From Alphaproteobacteria bacterium (GTDB lineage Bacteria; Pseudomonadota; Alphaproteobacteria; Micropepsales; Micropepsaceae): a stretch of 64,000 bases of DNA. The notes below the pieces were generated by a model. That model made no database searches, was not told the DNA's origin, and was given only the letters and a program-made list of their open reading frames with translations. This document shows positions 54,147 through 61,385 of the stretch, one piece after another (position 1 is the stretch's first letter; the number at the start of each line of letters is the position of its first letter). Both the position numbers and the translations under genes were made by a program. The stretch is from positions 4,229-68,228 of the forward strand of contig JADHVO010000011.1 of NCBI GenBank assembly GCA_016783965.1. Direction: 5' to 3'.

Positions 54147-54677
54147 TTAGCTTGCTTGGCCGAACACGTTCAGGAGCCGGATGTTCATGGCCTGCAGGCT
54201 CACCTTATAGCGCTTGGCGAGATCCGCGACGGCATCGGCATCTTCGATATCGATGAAACGGTCCGCGACGTCGCGCTCAAGGAATTTGCGTGGCATCAAG
54301 ATCGAAGAACCAAAGTAATTGGCTTCGACTTCCTCGGTGTCCGTTCCTGTCGATGAGAGCGAGGAGCGCAGGTCCATCCGAAACGACTTGTCGTAATGCA
54401 CGGGTTGGCCTTCGTGCAGCAGGAAATGCCCGAATTCATGGGCCAGGGTAAAGCGCTGGCGGTTCTCGGCCTGGGTACTGTTAACGCCTATGAGGACTGA
54501 GTCTCCATCCCGCACGATCATCCCCGAGATGTCCTTCAGGTCGATCTTCCGGATGGTAACGCCTTTGGCTTTAATCATCTTATCGATCGGGACCGGCGCG
54601 TCCTTGACGGCATGATCCGTCAGAAGTTCATCGATGATCTTGTCGATCCGGGCGTATCGCGGGCGAAGCGGTGTCAT
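54147..54677 (-). CDS. ImmA/IrrE-family zinc metallopeptidase (CapP-like)
   Basis: 176 aa with the HEFGHFLLHEG (HExxH) motif. ATGA overlap with the upstream XRE gene. Confidence 0.85.
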   Translation of the reverse strand: MTPLRPRYARIDKIIDELLTDHAVKDAPVPIDKMIKAKGVTIRKIDLKDISGMIVRDGDSVLIGVNSTQAENRQRFTLAHEFGHFLLHEGQPVHYDKSFRMDLRSSLSSTGTDTEEVEANYFGSSILMPRKFLERDVADRFIDIEDADAVADLAKRYKVSLQAMNIRLLNVFGQAS

Positions 54678-54994
54678 GGACGCGCCCTCTTCGGCCCGGC
54701 CTTGCGCAGCTCAGCTACGAGCTTCTGCACTTCCGGCGGAACGACCTGAGCCGGCTCAGCATGCGCCGCGCTGGCGGCTGCAAGCCCTTCCAGCAGTTCG
54801 CCACTGTTCGTTTTCAGAGCCGCAGCAAAGTCGAGCAGCTGGTGAACCAGCATCTGCTGACGGCCGCGTTCGACATTGGTGATCGACGTGCGCGAGAGGC
54901 CCACCAGATTCGCAAGCTTGTCCTGCGTGAGCCCAACGCGCTCACGGCGCGCGCGAATGTTCTTTCCAAGTTTGACGTAGATCGGCTGGGCCAT
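54674..54994 (-). CDS. XRE-family HTH repressor (CapH-like)
   Basis: LGKNIRARRERVGLTQDKLANLVGLSRTSITNVERGRQ. Divergent from the Ubl operon. Confidence 0.85.
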   Translation of the reverse strand: MAQPIYVKLGKNIRARRERVGLTQDKLANLVGLSRTSITNVERGRQQMLVHQLLDFAAALKTNSGELLEGLAAASAAHAEPAQVVPPEVQKLVAELRKAGPKRARP

Positions 54995-55138
54995 TTGGGA
55001 TCGCGGGTGCGGGTGGCGGATGAGAACAAGTCATAAACAAAATATATGTCGACGTCAACAATACAAACATTGCGCCCGCCTGCCATCCCGCCAGCGTATG
55101 TCATCAATACTGACAGTATATTCTTATGTTCGCATTTC

Positions 55139-55167
55139 TTGACACGCGGGCCGGTCTCCTGTAGTTA
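55139..55167 (+). promoter_or_regulatory. sigma-70-like promoter of the Ubl operon
   Basis: TTGACA(55139)-17 nt-TAGTTA(55162). AAGGAG Shine-Dalgarno at 55228. The palindrome ATACTG-A-CAGTAT at 55107-55119 lies just upstream. Confidence 0.4.
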
Positions 55168-55241
55168 GATGCTGCGCCGTTCTTGGTGGCGCGCATCTCA
55201 AGGCCGGTTCCGTCCGGCGAACTGGTCAAGGAGACCGAACA

Positions 55242-55661
55242 ATGAGTGAGAACAAGGAAGTCCAGCCCGAGGGCGAAAAGCCGCTCTGCGTCGAGCTGAA
55301 GGAAGCGCGTCACGAACTGGAGGAGGGCATCGCCGAAGAGCGCCGCGGCGAGACCCGCATCGAGGCGGCGGAGCATCGCATCGAGCAGATCGTCGAGGAG
55401 CTCGAGAAGGAGTCGCGCATCAAGGTCAACGGGCGCACCCGCACGATCGAGGGCCATGTCGCCTGCTTCGATCAGGTCGTGAAGTTCGCCTACCCGAACG
55501 GCCCGACCAAGCCCAACACGAAGTTCACCGTCACCTACCGCGACGCAGCGGAGGTGCCGCCGACCGGTGAGCTCGACCAGAACCAGTGCGTGCGCGTGAA
55601 GAAGGGTTGCGACCCCATGGAGGAGACGAGCTTCAATGTCACCGAAACTGTTCTCTCGTAA
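55242..55661 (+). CDS. multiubiquitin-domain (beta-grasp) protein with an N-terminal coiled coil
   Basis: 139 aa. IKVNGRTRTIEGHVACFDQVVKFAY...FTVTYRDA matches my recollection of the Multi_ubiq pattern. The C-terminus is ...TETVLS, with no terminal GG. Confidence 0.65.
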   Translation: MSENKEVQPEGEKPLCVELKEARHELEEGIAEERRGETRIEAAEHRIEQIVEELEKESRIKVNGRTRTIEGHVACFDQVVKFAYPNGPTKPNTKFTVTYRDAAEVPPTGELDQNQCVRVKKGCDPMEETSFNVTETVLS

Positions 55662-56823
55662 CCCCGACCTTCAGCGTCTCCGCGACGACGGCTACTTCGT
55701 GCAGATCGTTGACGACGACAAGTTCCTCGTGATGCGCGAGGTTCCCTACGTCAACGATCGGCGCGAAGTGAAGCTCGGCACGCTCGTCACGGCGCTCGAA
55801 CTTGCCGGCGACATCACGAAGAAGCCCGTGCCGACGCACGTCGTGATGTTCGATGGCGATTACCCCTGCGACGCGAACGGCAAGGTCATGAATCTCGGCG
55901 GTCCGGGCGACCGCCGAGAGGTCGCTCCCGGCCTCTTCGTGCGTCACAGCTTCTCGCAGAAGCCGGACGGCGGCTATGCCGACTACTACGCGAAGATGAC
56001 CACCTACCACGCCATGCTTGCGGCGCCTGCGCGCGTGGTTGACCCCGAGATCAAGCCGCGGCAGTTCGCGGCGCCGGCCGACAGCGATCCGGAGTCGATC
56101 TTCGAATATCCCGACACGGCCTCGGGCCGCACCGGCACGGCGGCGTTGGCGGCGCTGTTCAAGAGCGAGATCATCGCGCTCATCGGTCTCGGCGGGACGG
56201 GAGCCTACATTCTCGACAAGGTGGCGAAGACGCCGGTTCGTGAGATCCGCCTCTTCGACGCCGACGAGTTCCTGAACCACAACGCGTTCCGCGCGCCGGG
56301 GGCGGCTTCGCTGGAGGAACTCCGCCTGGCACCCCTGAAGGTCGACTATTTCAAGGCGATCTACTCGCGCATGCATCGCGGCATCACGGCCCATCCGGTG
56401 ATGCAGGGACCGAAGCACGTCCATCTGCTCGACGGCGTGACCTTCGCGTTCATCGCCATGGATGACGGGCCGGAGAAGGAGGCTGTGATCAACAAGCTCG
56501 AAGCCATCGGCGCGTCCTTCATCGACGTCGGAATGGGCCTCTCGCTTGATGAACTGTCGCTTGGCGGCATCCTGCGGGTCACGGCCTCGACGCCCGCGCA
56601 CCGCGAGGTCGTTCGGCGCCATGTCTCCTTCGCCGAGAAGGGGGAGGGCGGCGTCTACGAGTCGAACATCCAGGTCGCCGATCTCAACAGCCTCAACGCC
56701 GACTTCGCCGTCATCAAGTGGAAGAAGATGCGCGGCTACTACCGCGACCTCGAGAAGGAGCTGCACAGCACCTACACGACCGACGGCAACTTCATCGTCA
56801 ACCGTGACCGGGACCGCGGATGA
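55636..56823 (+). CDS. prokaryotic E2-like domain fused to a ThiF/E1-like adenylyltransferase
   Basis: 395 aa. The N-terminal domain has DGDYPC(78)D. The ThiF Rossmann region is IALIGLGGTGAYILDKVAKTPVREIRLFDADEF..HN. The gene overlaps both neighbours. Confidence 0.85.
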   Translation: MSPKLFSRNPDLQRLRDDGYFVQIVDDDKFLVMREVPYVNDRREVKLGTLVTALELAGDITKKPVPTHVVMFDGDYPCDANGKVMNLGGPGDRREVAPGLFVRHSFSQKPDGGYADYYAKMTTYHAMLAAPARVVDPEIKPRQFAAPADSDPESIFEYPDTASGRTGTAALAALFKSEIIALIGLGGTGAYILDKVAKTPVREIRLFDADEFLNHNAFRAPGAASLEELRLAPLKVDYFKAIYSRMHRGITAHPVMQGPKHVHLLDGVTFAFIAMDDGPEKEAVINKLEAIGASFIDVGMGLSLDELSLGGILRVTASTPAHREVVRRHVSFAEKGEGGVYESNIQVADLNSLNADFAVIKWKKMRGYYRDLEKELHSTYTTDGNFIVNRDRDRG

Positions 56824-57251
56824 TCCAGGTCAAGCAGCTCACCCACCGTTTCGTCGAAGACATGCCGGAGGTGCTCGACCCCGGCGTGCTCTACGTCTCG
56901 ATGCGCTATGCCCTTGCCCTGCACCTGTGCTGCTGCGGCTGCGGCCGCGAGGTCTCGACGCCGTTCTCGCCGGCGCAATGGAAGCTGTTGTTCGACGGCG
57001 ACACGGTCTCGCTGTCGCCGTCTGTCGGGAACTGGAACCTGCCGTGCCGGTCGCACTATTTCCATGATCGCGGCAAGGTCATCGAGTCGTATTCCTGGTC
57101 CGAGAAGGACGTCGTCCGCGGCCAGAAGCGCGATCGCCGCGCGCGCGACAGCTACTATGGCAAGGACATGGCCCCGGACGTCCACGCCGCCCCATCAAGC
57201 AAGCCTGACCATCGCACCTGGCGGACCTGGATTGCGGGGCTGTTCGACTGA
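56820..57251 (+). CDS. DUF6527-like Cys/His protein (CxxC...CxxH zinc-ribbon or treble-clef candidate)
   Basis: 143 aa. HLCCCGCG (C38-x2-C41) and PCRSHYFH (C76-x2-H79, H82). ATGA overlap with the E1 gene. Confidence 0.6.
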   Translation: MIQVKQLTHRFVEDMPEVLDPGVLYVSMRYALALHLCCCGCGREVSTPFSPAQWKLLFDGDTVSLSPSVGNWNLPCRSHYFHDRGKVIESYSWSEKDVVRGQKRDRRARDSYYGKDMAPDVHAAPSSKPDHRTWRTWIAGLFD

Positions 57252-57414
57252 CGAGCCGTAGGGCGTCAGTCATTGCATGCGCAGCCGATGCACGTGGCGC
57301 GCTACTGACTCTATATAGTGTCGAGCTTCTCGGACCGGAAATTAATGCCTCAAATCAGTGTGATACCGATTTTAGGAGATTGATCAGTTCCTACATGCTA
57401 GGCATGGTGCGACC

Positions 57415-57810
57415 ATGCTGAAGGCCATTCTCCGCCGGCTCGCTGTAGCCATTCTGGGTGTTGCGGTTTTGACCGCGACCACGCCGTCGTTTGCGGCGAT
57501 GGAATGCTGCGATCACATGAAGCGGGGGGCGATGTCGGAGACGCAAGTGTCCGACATGCAAGCCATGCCCGACATGACAAGCATGAACGGCATGACGCAC
57601 CAGTCGGACGCCGACCAGGGCAACGAGATGCCGTGCAAGATGCCCGCCAGCGCCTGCGTCTCGGCCTGTGCGCCGATGATGGCCGCATCTATGACCGGCA
57701 TCGCGTTTCCTTCCTCCGAGATTGCCGGGAAGCTTAGCCCCGGTATTGCCGCGCCGCTCAGCGGCATTGCAAGGCCGCCGGACCTAGAGCCTCCGATTCT
57801 CTCCGCCTGA
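57415..57810 (+). CDS. secreted Met/Cys/His-rich small protein (metal-binding candidate)
   Basis: Signal peptide ...TPSFAA, then MECCDHMKRGAM...MQAMPDMTSMNGMTH...MPCKMPASACVSACAPMM. Confidence 0.55.
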   Translation: MLKAILRRLAVAILGVAVLTATTPSFAAMECCDHMKRGAMSETQVSDMQAMPDMTSMNGMTHQSDADQGNEMPCKMPASACVSACAPMMAASMTGIAFPSSEIAGKLSPGIAAPLSGIARPPDLEPPILSA

Positions 57811-57980
57811 TACGCGCTAACGCGGCTGCATCGCGGCCCTGCGCATGAATCTGTCTGCACTGTGACCGTTGCACGGGCGCTCTGACGCGTCCGCAGTCCG
57901 GCATCACATCCGCGGCAGTTTCTCAAAAATCAACGCGAACAATGAGCCGCGCCGCCATCGGCGCGGCAGGAGAGAACCAT

Positions 57981-58331
57981 ATGAAGACTTTCACGAAACT
58001 GCTCTTTGCAGGCGGCGCAGCGCTTTTGCTCACCGCATGCCAGAGCGTCGCGGCGCCGGACGACTACAAGTTCGAACGCGTTGCCGGCACCGGCCCCCTG
58101 TCGGTGCGGCTCGTCCGCGCCGACGAAACCCCCGTCGCCGGAGCGAAGCTCTTTCTCGAGCGCCGCGGCTTCACCGGGCCCAAGAGCCAGAACCTTGTGC
58201 AAGAGGTGCCGCTCTCCGTGGCTGGCGACGGCACGTTCGAGATCGACGGCGACCACGCCGGGGAACGGCTGAATCTCGCCGCGCATTTACCCGACGGCTC
58301 GGTCATCCACGGCCACATCAATGTGCCGTGA
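57981..58331 (+). CDS. small lipoprotein
   Basis: Start MKTFTKLLFAGGAALLLTAC (lipobox) after an AGGAGAG Shine-Dalgarno. The track ORF starts earlier, at 57942. Confidence 0.5.
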   Translation: MKTFTKLLFAGGAALLLTACQSVAAPDDYKFERVAGTGPLSVRLVRADETPVAGAKLFLERRGFTGPKSQNLVQEVPLSVAGDGTFEIDGDHAGERLNLAAHLPDGSVIHGHINVP

Positions 58332-58378
58332 CGCTCAGCCTCAACCCGACACCCACCAACCAACCCAAGGAGATCATC

Positions 58379-58828
58379 ATGCGTAACACAACCCGAGCCA
58401 TCGTCTTCACAGCCATCCTCTCCACCTTTCCGACAGCGCTCTTTGCGGCGGATCCGATGGCGGGCATGCCGATGGGCACGGCACCCATGGCGGCCATGCA
58501 GACCTACCGCTTTGAGCTGGCGTCACCCATTGAAGCGAAGGACGGCAAGAGCATCGTCTCAATCCGCCTCGTCCATGTCGCCGACAAGAAGCCTGTTACC
58601 GGCGCGCTCATCATCCAGAGCCGCGCCGACATGGGCCCGATCGGCATGGCGGCAATGACGGCGCCGATCAAGGCGCTGCCCGCAACGGTACCGGGCGTGT
58701 ACCCGTTCGAGATTGCGAACGGCGGCGTCTGGAACAAGTCAGCGAAATGGGCCCTGACCTTCGCCGCAAAAGTGCAAGGGGAGGCTGCGACGGTGCGCGG
58801 AAGCGTCATCGTCGAGCTGACACCATGA
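58379..58828 (+). CDS. periplasmic protein with a Met-rich N-terminus upstream of cusC
   Basis: ATG 58379 follows an AAGGAG Shine-Dalgarno. Signal peptide, then DPMAGMPMGTAPMAAM. ATGA overlap with cusC. The 319-aa track ORF 57869-58828 is over-extended. Confidence 0.55.
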   Translation: MRNTTRAIVFTAILSTFPTALFAADPMAGMPMGTAPMAAMQTYRFELASPIEAKDGKSIVSIRLVHVADKKPVTGALIIQSRADMGPIGMAAMTAPIKALPATVPGVYPFEIANGGVWNKSAKWALTFAAKVQGEAATVRGSVIVELTP

Positions 58829-60108
58829 CGGGACACATGCAAAAGGACGGCGGCGCTCTGCGCCGCCGTTTCCCGCTTTTTCTCTCGGTCGCCGTCGCAG
58901 GTGTGATGCTGTCCGCAAATCTCTTTGCAGCGGAAACGGCACCCCCACCACCCGGCGCGACGCTTGAGAGCCTCTTGGAGGTCGCCCACCGCCTGAGCCC
59001 CACGCTCAAGGCGGCTGCACTTGAGACGAGTGCTGCGGCCGCGCGGGCCGACCGGGCCGATGCGCTTGATGATCCGACCCTTAGCCTGCAAACGATGCAG
59101 GTGCCCGGACATATGGCCGGCATGGATCAGACGACGATCCTTCTGCAACAGGAATTCCCGCTCTGGGGAAAGCGCGACCTGCGCAAGTCCGCTGCGCTTG
59201 CCATGCTCGACGCCGCTCGTGGCGATGAGAAGGCGACAGCTGCCGAGCTCGACGAGAAAATCGCGCTCGCCTTTGCGGCCTACTGGAAGGCGACACGCGG
59301 GCTCGCGATCAATGTCGAGGCGACGCAAGTCGCCGCTGACATGGTGAAGATCACGCGCACGCGCTTCAGCCAGGGTGTCGCGACCTCGGCTGATCTGCTC
59401 TCAACAGAGGCGGACGCAACGCGTGCCGCGCTAGAGCGCGTGCGGTTCGAGCGTGAACGTCGCACAGCCATTGCTCAGATCAATCTCCTCCTTGCGCGGC
59501 CGGCATCGGCAACGCTTTCAGAGCCTCGGGGGCTACAGCCGCTGCCAACGCCTCTCCCCATGATCGAGGCGCTCATGGATCGGGCCAGAACGACCAATCC
59601 GGTCCTCCTTGCTGGGGCGGCGCGGGTGCGCAGCGCCGAGGCAGAAGAAGAGCTTGCGCGGAAGAGCTGGTATCCCGACCTCACGGTAGGTGCCGGTCCC
59701 CAGACCAATTTCGGAGCATGGGGCTACGCCGCATCGATCGGGATCAAGATTCCACTCCAGCGCGGCGCCAAGGAGTCCGGTGAAGCGGAGGCGGCAGCCA
59801 GCCTGGGCGCAGCCCGCGCGCGCCTCGCCGCTTCGGAAGCCGAGCTCGAGGGCGACCTCACCTCTGCGCTGGCTGCGCTCGAGGCGGCCGAAGCGATGGA
59901 TACGGCGCGGCGCGGAACACTTGCGCCGGAGGCCACGGCGTTCTACCGCGCGGCTTTGGCCGAATACGCAAGCGGGCGCGGCGATCTCATCTCGACGCTC
60001 GATGCGGTGCACCGGCTGCATCAGAGCGAGCTCGAGCTGCTCGATACCGAAATGGAAGGCCAGGCGGCTCTGGCGCGCATCGAACGGCTTCTGGGAGCAC
60101 GGCTATGA
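58825..60108 (+). CDS. cusC: outer-membrane efflux protein (TolC family), CusC-like
   Basis: Signal peptide, then OEP repeats. Start at internal ATG 58825. Confidence 0.9.
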   Translation: MTGHMQKDGGALRRRFPLFLSVAVAGVMLSANLFAAETAPPPPGATLESLLEVAHRLSPTLKAAALETSAAAARADRADALDDPTLSLQTMQVPGHMAGMDQTTILLQQEFPLWGKRDLRKSAALAMLDAARGDEKATAAELDEKIALAFAAYWKATRGLAINVEATQVAADMVKITRTRFSQGVATSADLLSTEADATRAALERVRFERERRTAIAQINLLLARPASATLSEPRGLQPLPTPLPMIEALMDRARTTNPVLLAGAARVRSAEAEEELARKSWYPDLTVGAGPQTNFGAWGYAASIGIKIPLQRGAKESGEAEAAASLGAARARLAASEAELEGDLTSALAALEAAEAMDTARRGTLAPEATAFYRAALAEYASGRGDLISTLDAVHRLHQSELELLDTEMEGQAALARIERLLGARL

Positions 60109-61385
60109 ATATCACACGCAACGGGGTCATCGCCCTTGTCATCGTCGCCGCCTTGTTTGGCGCCACCGGATACTTCCTCGGCCACGGCACGACAGCGTCT
60201 TCTTCGCCGGCACCAATGGCCTCTGCGCCACAGCCGGCAGCGACGGGAGGCAAGGGCCGCGTCCTCTACTACCGTAACCCGATGGGGCTTCCCGATACCT
60301 CGCCCGCGCCAAAGAAGGACGCGATGGGGATGGACTACGTCCCCGTCTATGAGAACGAGGCCGGCGGCGATGCGGGCGTTGTGACAGTCGATCCGGCACG
60401 CGTGCAGATGCTCGGCGTCCGGACGGAAACCGTAACGCCGCGCCAGGCGATCAACAGGTCTGTTCGCGCCGCCGGGACGGTCGCGTTTGACGAGCGACGC
60501 CTCGCTGCGGTGACGACGAAAGTCGCGGGCTGGATAGAGAAACTCAACGTCGCTGCAACCGGCGAGGCGGTGCGACAGGGACAACCTCTTCTCGAGATTT
60601 ACTCGCCCGAGATCGTCGCTGCCGAGCAGGAATATCTCGTCGTCGCCTCGACACATCTCGGGGGCAAGGATGACGCCTTGATGTTGGATGCGGCTCTTAG
60701 TCGGTTGCGCGTGCTCGACGTGCCGGCCGGCGAGATTGCCCGACTGCAAAGGACGGGCAGGGCAACAAGACGCATTGCGGTCCTCGCACCCGCGAACGGG
60801 GTTGTTACTGAGAAGACCGCTGTCCTTGGAGCCCATGTCGACGCGGGGGCGCCGCTCTATAAGACCGCCGATCTGTCGACGGTCTGGCTGATCGCCGAGG
60901 TACAGGAGCAGGATCTAGGTCTCGTCCGCGTGGGGCAGAAGGCGGCCGCAAATTTCGTCGCCTTCCCGGGACGAAGCTTCGAAGGGCGGGTGGATTTCAT
61001 TTATCCGGTTCTCTCAAGCGACACCAGGACGGCAAAGGTCCGCATCACCATGCCGAATACCGATCTCCTGCTGCGCTCAGAGATGTACGCAAGTGTGGCG
61101 ATCGAAGCGCCCGCCAGCACTAGCACTGTGTCTGTCTTGTCCGTGTCGGACTCGGCGATCATCGACAGCGGCGCGCGGCAGATCGTGCTGGTGGCGAAGG
61201 GGCAGGGGCGCTTTGAGCCGCGCGTCGTCAAGCTTGGCGCCCGCGGCGAGGGCTACACCGAGGTCCTTAGCGGCCTGCAGGCCGGCGAGAGCGTCGTTAC
61301 GAGTGCCAATTTCCTCATCGATGCGGAAAGCAATTTGCGCGCGGCGCTGCAAGCCTTCACCTCGGGACAAGGAGTAAAGCCGTGA
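60105..61385 (+). CDS. cusB: RND periplasmic adaptor, CusB-like
   Basis: YYRNPMGLPDTSPAPKKDAMGMDYVPVY is a typical CusB N-terminus. Followed by lipoyl/beta-barrel regions. Confidence 0.9.
   Translation: MNITRNGVIALVIVAALFGATGYFLGHGTTASSSPAPMASAPQPAATGGKGRVLYYRNPMGLPDTSPAPKKDAMGMDYVPVYENEAGGDAGVVTVDPARVQMLGVRTETVTPRQAINRSVRAAGTVAFDERRLAAVTTKVAGWIEKLNVAATGEAVRQGQPLLEIYSPEIVAAEQEYLVVASTHLGGKDDALMLDAALSRLRVLDVPAGEIARLQRTGRATRRIAVLAPANGVVTEKTAVLGAHVDAGAPLYKTADLSTVWLIAEVQEQDLGLVRVGQKAAANFVAFPGRSFEGRVDFIYPVLSSDTRTAKVRITMPNTDLLLRSEMYASVAIEAPASTSTVSVLSVSDSAIIDSGARQIVLVAKGQGRFEPRVVKLGARGEGYTEVLSGLQAGESVVTSANFLIDAESNLRAALQAFTSGQGVKP

Noticed and set aside
55639-56766. 375-aa minus-strand ORF opposite the E2-E1 gene
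   Set aside because: Shadow ORF. The plus-strand frame has ThiF motifs and operon coupling, and the minus-strand translation has no motifs and a biased composition.
54147-57251. Classifying the Ubl locus as CBASS type II or as a four-gene Bil system
   Set aside because: No CD-NTase or effector gene and no JAB-type peptidase are present, and the E2 and E1 are fused. Only the regulator layout resembles CBASS-associated CapH/CapP.
57869-58828. 319-aa plus-strand ORF spanning the region upstream of cusC
   Set aside because: Only its last 149 aa (from ATG 58379, with a Shine-Dalgarno and signal peptide) look real. The N-terminal 170 aa are Arg-rich and overlap the better-supported lipoprotein gene in another frame.
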